A DNA stretch of 64,000 bases. Source: Lama glama. Lineage: Eukaryota. The translations under genes were made by a program, and so were the position numbers. The stretch lies in the NCBI GenBank assembly GCA_028534125.1, contig CM052831.1, positions 1,240,001 to 1,304,000 on the forward strand. The letters run 5' to 3'. Below the pieces are notes generated by a model. That model searched no databases, was not told the origin of the DNA, and worked only from the letters and a program-made list of their open reading frames with translations. Of the stretch, positions 50,525-63,603 are shown piece after piece (the first letter of the stretch is position 1; each line of letters starts with the position of its first letter).

Positions 50525-51570
50525 CAGACTGTGCTTTACTATGCCTCACAGAAGTTGCATTTTTCACACAGTGGGGTTTGCAACAACTGTGCGATGAACA
50601 AGTCTGTCGGCGCCATTGCTCCAGCAGCATCTGCTCACTCCTGGTTGGTGTCAAGTTTGGTGATTTTCGCACTATTTCAGACTTCCTCACTGTTATTATA
50701 TTTGTTGTGATCAGTGATCTTTGATGTCACTATTATTGTTTTGGGGCACCATGAGCCGTGCCCACGTAAGACAGTGAACTTAATCTGGCTGCTTCACCTC
50801 CCTGCGGGCCCCCCATCTCCCTCCCTCTCCTCTGGCCTCCCTCTTCCGAGACACAATACTGAAATTAGGCAAGTTAATAACCCCACAGTGGCCTCTAGGT
50901 GCTCAAATGGANNNNNNNNNNNNNNNNNNNNNNNNNNNNNNNNNNNNNNNNNNNNNNNNNNNNNNNNNNNNNNNNNNNNNNNNNNNNNNNNNNNNNNNNN
51001 NNNNNNNNNNNNNNNNNNNNNNNNNNNNNNNNNNNNNNNNNNNNNAGAGAAAGTTCCTGAAGGCAATGAAAGGTGCTCCTTTGGTGAGCACAGGCATGAT
51101 GAGAAAGTGAAACAGCCTTACTGCTGATGTGGGGAAAGTCTGAGTGGTCTGGGCGGCAGGTCCGGCCAGCCTCCGCACTCCCTTCAGCCAGAGTCTAACC
51201 CAGAGCCAGGCCCCACCCTCCCGCAGCTCTGACGGCTGAGAGGTGGGGAAGCTGCGGCAGGAGAGTCTGAAGGTAGCAGAGGTTGGTTCTGAGGTTTAAG
51301 GAAAGAAGCTTCTCCGGAACGTCAGCGCAGGTGAAGGTGCAGGTGCTGGTTGGCGTTTTTAGCCATGAAATATTTTTAAATTTTAAGGTGTGTACATTGT
51401 TTACTTGTTTGGGCATAATGCTGTCACACACTTAACAGACTACAGCATAGTGAAAACACAACTTGTACATGCACCAGAAAGCCAAAAAATTCTGTGTAAC
51501 TTGCAGTTGTGACACTTGCCTTACTGAAGTGGCCTGGAACCGAACCCGCCGCACCGCTGAGGTGTGCCTG
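50525..51570 (+). mobile_element. Tigger1 DNA transposon, internally deleted, nested in L1
   Basis: 5' region caagtctgtcggcgccatt...gtgatcagtgatctttgatgtcactatt, decayed transposase start (gtggcctctaggtgctca), 3' end ctggaaccgaacccgc...gaggtgtgcctg. Confidence 0.9.
50912..51045. other. Assembly gap (134 N)
   Basis: Run of N inside Tigger1. Confidence 1.
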
Positions 51571-54500
51571 TGACGACGGTGGCTGCTTTTTAACACGTTC
51601 TCTGGCTGTCTGTGGGTCTGTGGGTCTTCTTTTATGTAGTGTCTTTCCAATCTTTCGCCTATTTTCAGCTGGGTTTGGAATTTAAAAACCTGCCGACCTT
51701 CTTGATGAATCTCTTTACCAGTTCTTTGCCACGTGTGTGTTCTGTGAATGTTGTGTCACAGTCTGTGGCTTTCTTGATGTCTGTGACAAGCAGGAGTTCT
51801 CCGTTTTGATGACGTCTAACTGATCGGGCTCTTCTCCCGTGGTCATCGCTGGGTCCTGCTTGAGAGAGCGTTCCCTGCCACCACGTCGTGAAGGCATTCT
51901 GCTGTTTCCTTCTCAAAGACTGATGCTTTAGCGCCTACGCTTAGGGCTGAGCCCCACCCTGAGTTAGTCTGTCTGGGGTGAGAGGGGCCTGGCTGAGCGC
52001 CCTCATCCGGCCCTCCAGCTGTCGTGGTTCCGCGTTTGTGCAAAGTCTTTCCTTTCTCTGTTGGGTTGTTCTGTTGCCTTTGTTGAAAGCCATGCGACCT
52101 TCGAAGGGTGGGTCTTTTTCTGGGCTCTGCCCAACCTCACTGACCTGTTTGCCTGTCACTTCCACAAAACTGCACTAGCTTCACAGAGGGAGTCTTGAAG
52201 TCAAGTAGAGAGAGTCCCCCAGCTTTGTTCTTTTTAAAGGTTGCCTTGAACGCTCCAGGTCCTTTGCATTTCCACATAAGTTTTAGAAGTAGCTTTCCAA
52301 TTTCTGCACGATGCACACGTATCCTAGAATTGTGATCGGAATTACATTGAAGCTGTAGTTCGAATTGGAGAGAACTGACTCTTTAAAGACAGTGTCTTTT
52401 GGTTTATGAGCCTGACATCTCTCTAATACATTCAGGCCTTCTTTAAGCAGTGTCTGTGGCTTTCAGTAGCGATCTTACTCGTGTCGTGTTGGGTTCATCC
52501 CCAAGTGCCTTACGTTTTTGATGCTGTTGTAGATGATGCTTTTCATTTGTTGCTAACGTATTAACACCGTTAAATATACGTGTAGGTCTTGTTTCTTGGA
52601 ACCTCGCTAAACTCTGTTAGTCATAGCAGTGGCTTTGTGTACTTCTTAGGATTTTATACGTAAATAATCAAGCATATTGCCTGTGGCTAAAGATCGCTTT
52701 ACTTTCTTCCTTTCTGCTCTTTGTGCCTTCCAGCTCTTCTGCCTTCCAGCTCTTCTTCCGCCTCATCGTGCTGGTTGCGACCCCCAGTGAGACGCTGGGT
52801 GGTGGAGAGGCAAGTCCCTGCTGCTCTGTTCCAGTCTTGGCGGGGAAGGCCTTCAGTGATGTGTTAGGTTATTTGGTGTTAGCACTGGGTCCCTCACAGA
52901 CGCCCTTACGCTGTGAGGAAGGCTCCTTCAGGTCTTAGTGTGCTGAGCATTTTTACCATGAGTAGTTGTTGACCTTAATCAGATGTTCTTTTTGCAGCTT
53001 TTGAAATGAATATACTTCTTCTTTATTCTGTTAATATGGTGAATTCACCAACTGATGTTTTTGAATATTAAATATAAAAAGCTGTAAATTGCTCTTGGAG
53101 CATTGCTGTAGACATGGCTTTAACGTTGATGCACTTCCCCCAGGAGTGGAAGGCAGGCTGTAGCTGCAGGAATGAGTCGCCAAGCCCAGGAGGTGGACAT
53201 CTGAGCCAGGGAAGCGGCAGGGGTGGTGGGGCTGTTCCATCTCTGTCGTCCTCTAGTAACGCTTGTGTTGTGGGTTGGCCCGCGTCCCCCATCTCTCTTC
53301 AGGTGCACCATTGTGCGTGGTCTTGGGTCGTGGCAGGCGTTTCTTCAAAGTAACGTTTCCACTTGGGCACGAAGACGAGTGTTGGCGGGGTGGGGGGACC
53401 GGAGTCCCGGGGCTGAGGGACGAGAAGGGCAGCAGCATCGTCAGCCCCAGCTCTCGCATGCTGTGCCAGCCGTGGCCCGGGCGCCTTGCGCAAGGGGTCC
53501 TTCAACCCCTCGACAGCCTGAGAGTCGGCTGCTGCTGAGGAGATGGGGGCTCACCCGCAGGGATCAGAGCGTCGTCCAGAGGCCACTTAGAAACGGGTCT
53601 GGAGCCCAGGCCTGCCAGCCCCGAAGCCGTTGGGTTTCTCCCTGTAACATCTCCCTCGTACGCTGTGAAATGGGAGCCTCCCAGTCTCGCGGGCAGCACG
53701 GCAGAGCTGTGGGGTGAGTCCTGTTTTCTCGGTGACTTCCTTGTTGCAGAAGCGACGTGCTTCCAAGGCCCGAGGCCTCGGAGTCACCCATGTGACTCGA
53801 GGAGGGGCTCGTGGGAGGCTCTGGGCGGGGCAGTGGGAGAGGGGAGTCGGGAGGGCGGGCTCCGCATCTTGCCACCCGGCCCGGGTCTGCTCTGTGCTCC
53901 GCGCTGGCGGCTTGACCACCTTGTACCTTAGTTTTGTCATCCATAAAATAGGAATAATAACCGTTACGCACTTACCACGGTCGTCGTGAGGGTTACTGAG
54001 TTTATGTGCCAGGTCCTCGAAGCGGAGCTGGTGCGGTGGGCTCCCCGCGAGCGTGTGCTGTTGCGGGGCTGCGCGCACCTTGGGTTGTGCCGGTCCGGTT
54101 GCAACTCTTGTTTCTTCAGCCTTGGCAGGAGGCCCTCCTGCCTTAGCTGGTTCGCCCCACCGAGAGTCCCCCTCGGCCTGGGGTCCCCTGCTTGTCCTTG
54201 TGGGAGGTGGGCAGGGCCATCTTTGTTCCGGTGTCTCGAAGCCGCCGGAGACTCAGAGCCTGTCAGGAGAGAGTGAATTGCTCTCTGCACCTCCCGGCTC
54301 ATTTACCCCGTCCCATCACTTACTGATCTGGTCCCTCGTTTGCGTACTTGTCCGTCCCCCCAGGGTGTGTGGGCCCCCCTCCTCTGGGCCAGGCAGGAGT
54401 CCAGGCAGAGGTGGCGAGACCCCTGCCCTGTGGGAGCTCCCAGCTAGCCGGGATAGGCCGACGCACCTCCTCAGGGCCGTGGGTCCAGAGAGGGGAGCAG

Positions 54501-55073
54501 AGGCGGGACCCCTGCTGCCCAGGCTGAGAGAGTCGTGTTCCTGCCATCACAGTGACATCTGCCTCGTGAGAGGGTCTCCAGACCCCAGCTCGTGGTCTGT
54601 TGGTCTCAAGCCATCTCTTCTGGCAGAACCTTCGCCTGTAAACATTTTATTAGACCACTGAGTGGCCTTCGGCCTCTCCCACGTTCGCCAGCGACGCAGA
54701 CGGCTGGGCGTGTATTTCCATTTTTATGAAACTCTTGCTTTTCCAGAGGCTTGTTCTTTGACCTAATTCATTCTGAATCCTCATCCCACGATCTGGCCTA
54801 ATTCTCGTGGCCAGGTTACTGTCTGTGCGGGAGGGCTTTCCTGGAGCTGGGCGATGGGCTCGGTAAGTTCAGGAGGCTCTGCCTGCCGGGAGCTCTGCGC
54901 GTCAGTCACACGCCTCTTAAAACCTGCTCCTCTGCACAGTTACTGACCTGCAGCGTCCTGGGAGGGGGGTGTCCGGGGGTAACAGCCTCGGCCTCGTTCA
55001 GGCTGGGTGGTGGGGCCGCTGCTGGTGGGGAGGGAGAGCCGCTCAACGTGTGCTCTCCACCCCCATGATCGGG

Positions 55074-55117
55074 GGGCGGTGTGTCTCCGGGTGACGGGCG
55101 GTGTGTCTCCGGTTGAC
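55074..55117. repeat. 22-bp tandem duplication
   Basis: gggcggtgtgtctccgg(g/t)tgac twice. Confidence 0.85.
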
Positions 55118-55483
55118 AGACGGGGCACATGGGGCAGGACAGGGCCTGGGCTGCCAGGGCCTCCTGCAGTGCCTCCGCGGCTGCTCAGGAGACCAGGGAA
55201 TCAGGCCTCGAGCAGGCTTTTTCTGCAGGAGGAGGCAGCTGGAGGGGCAGGGAGAGTGGAGGGCGGGTAGCCAGGAGCCGGCACCGAACAGCCTGGGCCC
55301 TGTGCTCGGGCACTGCCCACGGGAGGCCTGTGGGGGCTCCAGCCCACGAAAACTGCATCCTTGACCTTAGAATGAGAAGAGAGTACATTTGTTTATAGAA
55401 TTCAGTTTCTTGCTTAATTTTAAAACCTCAAACTTGTCCAGCCTGAGCGAGAGCCTGACGAAACAGAACCTAAAGAGGACGCC

Positions 55484-55540
55484 TCTCTCCTCCCTCCCCC
55501 TCTTCCCCCTTCCTCCCCCTTCCCTCCCTCCTTCCCTCAA
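55484..55540. repeat. CT-rich low-complexity tract
   Basis: tctctcctccctccccctcttccccttcctccccct... Confidence 0.8.
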
Positions 55541-57639
55541 GTCTCCACCCCTCGTCCATCTGTTTTCCTTCTATGTCTCCCTTCCGCCTTCCTTTCAGTT
55601 GAGGACTCAGTTGTCGTTTGACCTCTTTCCCTTGGAAGTGGGTGGCAGCCTGGGCAAGTTTCTTGCGAAGCAAGTCCCGGGGGTGTGTTGCCTTTGTCCT
55701 GTTGCCCCTGTGCGGGGAGGAGGGTTACTTTGACGGGGAACTTTGAAGAGGAGCGACCTAGTTTGATTTTAACCTCAGATGAACACAGATCTCCAAGGAG
55801 GCCAGGACTCTTGGGTTGCTAAGGTGGGGGGTGCAGGACCTCGGGGTCTGTAAAACTGGATTGAAATTGCGTGGCATCCCCTTCCAAGACCTCCCCCTGT
55901 CCCACAACACACCTCCTGCACACACACGTGCACGTGGGTTTAATTAGAATGAGGGTGAAGTACGCGGGGCTGCGACTCAGTACACCGCACAGTCATGTTG
56001 CTGTGTGAAGTAAAATGCAAGAGGCCGGTGAGAGAGCTTTTTTCTTTGTCGTTGAGAATTTACATTTCACATTTGCTCAGTTGGAACTGACAGTGGACAG
56101 ACAGTTCAGGAAAATTCTAGACGAGAAGCTCCCTGTTAATCACCGTTAAACCACACCTGGGTGTTTCTGAGAGGTACTGAGGGGCTCGGTGCTCACCTGC
56201 CGCCGCCTGAGCTGTGGGGTCTGACCTCGGCTCTGACTCGAGTGCCGGCTGCTGGTGGCGCCACGTCACCTGGGAAGCTGCCTGTGGCCTGTGCCTTCTT
56301 CCTGGCTCTCGGTAGCTGTTAGATTTCTTGGGAGGGTTTATGTGTCAGGATCCTGGCTCAGCACCATCAAGGAGAGTGCAGGCGCGGGGGCTTCTCTGTG
56401 AGGCAGTCCAATAAGGCGGCCCTGCCGGTCCCCCTGCCGCTGGGTTCCAGCAAAGGCTGACCCCCAGCACGGGGGGCGTGGCCCCGGTGGGGGTGGTGGG
56501 CGCCTCACCTTTTCTTAGAGCCATCCTCACCATCTGTCATGGGCTCACTGCCTCTTTTGTCCTCATTTCACTGTTTATCTTTGAATCAGTTTAGTCTTTA
56601 AATGTTAAGAGACCACGTGGAAGCTGTAACGTTAAGGCAAGTGGAAAGCAACGTCCATCCCGTAAACAGAATAGCATGCTCACACTGAGAACCAGGCGGT
56701 GGCAGATTCTAGCTGCTGCGGGCTGACCATGAGCCACGGTTTGCTTTGGGTAAAAGGGAGATTAGGGCATTTTGAAGAGGTTTTAAGTAGATCATGCCCC
56801 CAATTGAGACTTGCTCATTGTTCAGCCGGAGAGATTGAAAGAGAACCAAAAAGATAATGATTTTTCGTACAATACACCAAATGTCAGATCTGTGTTACTG
56901 CAGACCTCTCCCACTTTGGGAAGCACAGCTCTAGGCAGAGGGGAGCTGCTGGAGGTGTCCCCGAGCAGTGACCGGCGGGTGCCACCACGTCGCCCACTCC
57001 CCCTGGGGCTGCTCTCCGGGAGGACAGTGTATGCTTGCGGGAGCAGCTTCCACCAGTGCACATCAGGGGCGCTGCCTCCATCCTGGGGAGGGGTCTCCCA
57101 GGCACTGGTGGCTCCTCACCCACGGGCTGTGTGGCCTGGGCACATGTCTCCATCCTCCGGAGACTGAGGGTCATTGCCTGTCACGCAAAGCTGGTGACGT
57201 GCCTGGAGAGTGCCTGGGGGTCCTGGGCCAGGACCATGGAAGAGCTCGGTGTGCCCCTGGTGTGGGGTGGGGGTGGGAAGTGCCCCTGCACCGGCTGATT
57301 TGAAGGGTTGGGCACACGGTACAGCCTGCATGCCTCGGTTTTCTCATCTCTGCCCGGGGCTGTGACACTCACATCAAAGGAGTCACCTAGCCCAGTGCCA
57401 CTGGATGTGGCGGAGGTCACAGAGCCCTCCTGGGGAAGGAGGCATTGCCCGCCGGAGCGGCCTGTGGGGCGCCAGCTGAGGTGGGACTGGGGCAGCTCCT
57501 CACGGGTGGACATGGCGATTTAAGGGGGGAGCCGTCACACAGACGCTCGGTCTCAGAGCTTCATCCTTGCTGTCGTGTGTATTAGAAAACCCAAATAACT
57601 AGTGCGTGAAACCTGTCATTTTTATGGAAGTTTTTGCTT

Positions 57640-58265
57640 TCCTTTGACCTTTTTCCCCCAGTACAACAGCAGTTGTCAATTTAAAGAAAAATAGTGAGTA
57701 AATAATAAACCAGGCCAGACTCTTTGTATCGAAATCATGAAGGACGTCACCCCTCTTGCCAAACAAAGGGGCAGGTGACGCTTCTCAGATTCAAGGAAGC
57801 TGAAGAGACCAGATCTAAAAAAAACAGCAAGCAAAAATCAGTTCTGAAAGCCATCATGGGGGGCAGACTGGGGCTTGAATTCAGCGTAGGTGAGGTAGTG
57901 CTGTGGCATCGGTGTGAGGTGTCCCAGCTGGAGAGCGTCCCAGTTCCCAGCAGGCAGGTGTCAGTGGCGGGATTTTACTGTGTCTGCAGACTACTTGAAA
58001 ATGGTTAGGGACCGTTTGTACGTATTGTGTAAGTTACGTATGTTGTTGTGTGTTGGGTTTTCTTGTATATAGTTACACATACAGTGCGTGTGATACGTAT
58101 TGATGTAATGTTTCTGCGTGTGAGCGACGTTGAGAGAGAACACAGATGCAGCAAACTGTTCACAGCTGGCGTCACAACCCGGAGAGATGTGTACCGGGTT
58201 CATTGCTCTGTCCTTTCAGGTTTCCTATCGGTTTGAAATTTTCCAAAATATGAAGTTGGGAAGTG
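57640..58265 (+). mobile_element. L1MC/ME 3' end
   Basis: gaaatcatgaagga, agattcaaggaagctgaagagac, terminal tttcctatcggtttgaaattttccaaaatatgaagttggg. Confidence 0.65.
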
Positions 58266-59569
58266 AAAGGCCTAGAAGCAGGAACAGTGTCCCACGTGAG
58301 GACCCCTCCAGGTTGGCGTTACAGAGCCAGCCCTCGCCGGCCTCCCCTCCCCCTTTCAGCGTCTTGCTAACGGGAACTCAGGGCCTTTGCACTCGCTGTT
58401 CCTGGGCTCCAGCTGCCCTGCCTCTGTTCTGTCATTTCGGTGTCACCTGTCTCCCCAACCCTGCCTCCCAAAGTCACCAGCCCCCAAGTCACTGTCACAA
58501 CATCAGAACGGTTTCTTCTGGGCCCTTGTCACCATCTGAAGTGACCTCTGTGACTAAGCACGTGGCGCTGTTCCTGTGTCCTCTCACTAGAGCACAAGCT
58601 CCCTGGACAGAGTCCTTAAAGGGGGAAGACGGGACCGGGGAGCACGCGGTGGGCCGCGCAGCCTTTGTGACGGTGGCGCCAGAGTGCCTGATGTCTGAGA
58701 GCCCCTGTGCGGTGGGACATGCCTTCAAGTCCTTTTGGAGTCCTTGGTGACTTTCCATTTCTGGAACATCTTTTATGTTATGTTGTGATTTGATAAGAAA
58801 AAAATTTTGACCTAAGAAAACTCATTCAGTGACACCTCGCTAATATAATGTAAATTGGTTAGAAAAGATGATATGAGATTTTAAAAACTCAGTTTTCTCA
58901 GTTACATTAAATGAGATGGCTAAATGAAATTTTTTTCTCCATCAGTGAGGCAGAATTCCTTTAGTAACTATTTGTAGCCACCATTTAAGACACTTATTCA
59001 ACAGAAAAGGACCTAGTGCAGACCCAGAGGCCACTGGGTGTCACCAGAATATTGGTAATATAATGTAGGGCTGTCGAGTTCCCTGAGGGAGGCTGGGAGC
59101 GGGAGTGTCCCGTCACCTGAAAGCTACCACTTTGAAGACAGTGGGGGGAGCAGCCAGTGGCTGGGATCTGTGCTCCTCCTTCTGGTGGTCACGAGGGGCC
59201 CCTGGACCGTCTGGGCAGGCAGCAGCCCTGAATTCCACGGTGGAGGAGAGCTCAGCTGGAAGTGGGTGCGGGGGGGCTGAGGCGGCTGGTGGAGGAGGGT
59301 CAGCAGGTGCGGGGGTTGGTTTCTGAAGTCACAGTGATGCTCAGAGAACACCAGCATCCCGTCTGAAGTGTCGCCTCCTTGCCGTCTGCCTCCTGCTGTG
59401 TGAGTGCTGCCTGGACTCTTGGCTGTGTTACGGCTTTCCACATCCCTAGTTGGCTCCTGGACTTGTGTCCACTTCCAAGGTGACTGTAAGCCCTTGAAGT
59501 GAGGGTGAGGCTCGCACTTTGTATCCCTGCCTGTGTTTGGACAGGACAGCACACACTGGGACAGGGGAG

Positions 59570-59850
59570 GGACGTGGGCTTTGGATTCAGAGGACCCGAA
59601 CCTGGATCCCGGCTCCATGACGTAAAATCTGTGTGACTTTGAATCAGACGATGATGCTGTGACCGTGGTGGCCGAAGTCAGTCATTCCTCGAGTCTTGTC
59701 TGTGCAGTAAGGGGAACGGTAGTGTGTGCTGCGCTGTGCCGACGGTGGAGTGAGATCACGTGTGTGAACAGTTTGGTGGCGTGGAAAGTGCCGTGAAGGC
59801 GCTGCAGTCTGGGGCCTCGAGCTGAGAACAGGTAAGGCCCGGGCTCGTGT
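59570..59850 (+). mobile_element. MIR SINE
   Basis: gtgggctttggattcagagg...cctggatcccggctcc...ctgtgtgactttg...gagtgagatcacgtgtgtgaa. Confidence 0.6.
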
Positions 59851-62800
59851 ACTGTGTCAGTGCGCAACCTGTGCCAAGGACAGGAACTCAGCCAAACTGC
59901 TTCTTTGTGGGCTGGCTTTAAGCGCAGCCGGATCCAGGGCCTCCGTCTCCCGGGCCCACGTCCCTCACATCTGCTTCTCGGGCTGCGGACCCCCGCCAGA
60001 CTGCAGCGCGGCCCGGGGCTCCTCGATTCAGCTTGTTTTCTGCCGAGTCAGCGCCCCTCGCGGAAGGAGAGACCTTTCCCTGGGGTCCCAGCAGAAGACA
60101 TGGAGAAACTGAGTGGCCAGGCCTGGGCCCCGTGCTCAGGCCTGGCGCTGGGGCTGGGCCTCCTGCCGCTTCAGCAGAGGGCCTGAGCCGGGGAGGACAT
60201 GACCCAGAGGAGAAGAGGCTGTGTGACAAGTCGGCTGAGAGGCTGCCGGGTCTCCCGTGGGTCTCCAAACCCCTCAAAGTAAGAGCTGCTCCTAGGCCCT
60301 CCTCGGCCTAGCAGATCTACCAGTCTTCATTACAAACCAAGCATTTGGCCATTTTTCTTGCTCTGGAAATTGTTGATAAAAACTGTCCTATTTAGTTGAG
60401 ACATTGCAAAAGTTATACAGGAAAAATAAACAAATCTGAGGAACGGGCCTGTTGTGGCCTGGAGGGACATCAAAGCTTGGCCCGTCACCAAGCTCCGCTC
60501 TGCGGCGGTGCTTCCTGGCCACTAACAGGTCTGCAGACCCACAGCCAGAAACCAGCTCAGAATGGCTCTGGTGATGGGACTGGTTTGGGAGAGGCCGGTC
60601 TGTGCTCAGGCCCTCGCCCTCGCCTAGCGCATTCGGCCTGTCCCTGGCTCTGCAGCTGCCTCTGCCCGGGATCCACCTCACACCCTTGTCCTCAGCATCC
60701 GGCTCACCCGTCCTGTCTCCCAGTGAATCGCTCACAAGACCCTCCGGGGCCCAGGGAGCCCAGCCCGAGAAACCACAGGTCACGCCCAATTTCAGGCTGG
60801 GCCACTCCGGAACAGGGCCCAGTGTGGTCCCTGTGGTTTAGGGCAGTGGGACTGCAGGAGTGGGGACTAAGGTTGGAATCCTTTGATGGGAGAGGTGGGC
60901 AGGGCGGTCCTTGCCCACTGGCTTTGGCAGTGGCCCTGAAAACTGCTTTCAGATCCCTGACATAGCAGTGGGAGACCCCTGCCTGGTCCTGATGGATTCT
61001 TACTACATAAAAAATAGCCCAAGCGTTATCACGCTGACATCTTAGTAGGTGATAATTTTTATCATAAAGTGTTTATATTTACTGTGAAGTGAATTTTCTT
61101 TTCCCAATTTTGGGAAGCAGCACAGGAAGAAGAAAATGAAAGTCTCCCGTGACCCCCGGCACGAGTGTTGTAAGGTAGCAGCTGACGCGCTGCAGCCGTC
61201 CTCAGGGCTTTTTGTGGCCGCTCACCGCATTCGAATTCTCGCAGCAATGCCCTGCGGTCTGATGGGGATGCTGTTACCCCACCCCAGTTCTGGAACAGGA
61301 GCCAGGTCTGGGGTGGAGTGTGTGACAAGGACACCTACCTGCAGGGTGCTGATGTAAGGCCTGGTTAAGTGTCCCCCACGAGGTGACCGAGTGCTAGGCA
61401 GGTGCTAGTGTGGGCACCGCCACAGGTGCGGGGGGAGTGGTGTCCGGTCCACCCGTCGATGGCCACCCATGGCACAGCCAGTGATGGGGTCTTGCCTGCC
61501 TGTCGAGCCTCAGGGTCTCTCGTGAGGCCATTGTGCCTGCACCTGGGCCCTGTAGCTTGGCTCTTCAGCCCTGTGCCTGCATCACCGGCTCTGCTCTCCC
61601 GCCCCAGACCTGCCCGGATGTGTTGAATTACACGAATACACGAGAGTCTGGGAGCGGTTGGCTCAGCGCCAGCTCCCCATCCCCCCCGTGCCCACAACTG
61701 GTCTCAGCTATGGAACCCCTGCCGTGATCACTGTCCTGGGGACAGGCTCGGGGGGACCTCAGAGTCTCGGGAGAAGGTGCTGTGAGTGGTCAGTTATGGC
61801 CCGCTTGTTGGGCGCCTTCTGTGCGTCAGGCTCTGCACGGCGCTCCGAGAGCTCCACCGCTGAGGGACTGGGGCTGCGCGGGTGGAGCTGTGGGGCTTTG
61901 CTCTGGCCACACAGCAGGCCAGTGGGGGGAGACCTGGTGTGGGAAGCCAGAACCAAGCAAGGGGGCAGAGACCAGGTCAAGACCACGGCACACACATGTT
62001 TCTTTTAACCCAAGTCCCTTTTTAAGGGGCCTTTTGGAAATAGCATAAAGGCCACAGAAAGGTGCTCCTTGAGGGGTTTTACTTTGCGTGACTCGAGGAA
62101 CCGAAACGCAGGAGGGGAAAACGAGAGGAAAAAGACCAACCACTGCTGCCTCCCTTGTGGACGTCTCTGGCCCCGACCCAGATGGGTTCTTCTCTTTAAG
62201 AACCGCTCCGGAAACAGCTGGTGACAGACTCCGCGTACTTTCAGACTTTCTGTTTTCGTTGTTGCCAGAAAAATAATCAGCTCTCTGTCTCAAGTGCTTG
62301 ATAAAGTGGCCCAGACACCAGCTGTAACTTAAAACAGTATCTGGCTTAGTTGCTTTTAGCAAACAGATGGGGTGGCCTTCTGGGCCAAGCGCAGCGCCCC
62401 TGTCTGGGGACGGCTGCTCCCGGCCTCATCCGTGTCACATTCCGTCTTTCCGTGTGCTCCTTCAGTCTTGTGGGTGTGTTTCCAGAGGCTTGGGCTTGGG
62501 GTTGAGAAGAGCGATTCCGGGCTGGACGTTCATTGCTCTGGTGGCGCCCAGCCCTCCTGGAGCGGAGTGTGGTCGGGAAGCTCAGTGTGGAAGGAGGAGC
62601 AGCGCCTCTTCCCCCTCTGGAGGCAACATCTTAACTTTTTAGCTGATTGTTTTCACTTAAGTTCATTAGGCACTTTTCGTTTCTCTCTGTTTTAGAAATT
62701 CCCTGTGGCCTTCCTCCTAAGGCAGTCAAGCATCCCCCCCTCCCCACCTGCCCTCAGCTGTCGCGGGCAGTCCTCCAGGAACGCTCTGCAGCGAGGAGGA

Positions 62801-63603
62801 CCCAGTGCCGGCGCTCACGGCCGACGGGGAGACGGGCTCCTGAAGGCTGGAGCGGGGGTCTCTGTTAGATCCGAGGGAGGACTGGCTGGCCCCCGCCCGC
62901 CGCAGCTCTGCCGGCCTCTGTGTCCACGCTGGTTCCCTCTCCGCCCTCTCCCACGGGCCCTGCTCCTGCCTTTAGTGACCACTATTCGCGGGGACCAGTG
63001 ACCTTTAGAAACCATATCACTCCCGCACCTAAACAGCTGCTGCTGGTCTGTCACCAGCGGAGTGAAGTCCAAGCCCCCTGGTGCCCTTTGAGGGTCCACG
63101 GGACTCAGCCCCATCCAGTCACCTGCCCTTGACGTGTGTGTCCGCCGTGCAGACGTGTCCCTCGGGCCTCTGCCCGCTGTGTCCTCTGCTGAGAGCACAC
63201 CCGCCTCCCTCTCCATGGCCTTCCTGCCTCTCCTGTCAGGGGGTCAGCCCCCCGCCCACCGCTCTGTCCCAACGTCCGCTCCCCACGTGGCTTTCATCTC
63301 GGTGTGGAGACGTCTGTCTCGGACTGGGATGTGAACTCCGTGAGGATGGGCCTCACTTGCTGCGACGAGCTGCTAAGCCCTCTTAGAGCAGGCTGGGCCC
63401 GTGGGGCCCCCGTGACCAGGTGCGCCCCGGGCGCGTCCCTGCTGCTGAGGCCGCCGTTGGGGCTGGCCCGCTGCTCTGGCCCTCGGGGGCCGGGAGCGCA
63501 AATCCTTCGTGCGCCTCCTGGGCCGGGCGCCCTGCCATAGTGACGGGTTTCTCGCCGCCCCAGTGCGGAGGTGGGGGGCAGAGACGTGAGCACATTTTAG
63601 CCC

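Larger units (their letters stand above)
49780..53090 (-). mobile_element. Long L1M (MC/MD/ME-type) segment, 3' UTR into ORF2, interrupted by Tigger1
   Basis: ttttcatttctcttgagtaaacctacaagtggaattactggatc, ccagctttgttctttttaaagg...ggtcctttgcatttccacataagttttagaa, tttgatgctgttgtagatg. Confidence 0.8.
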
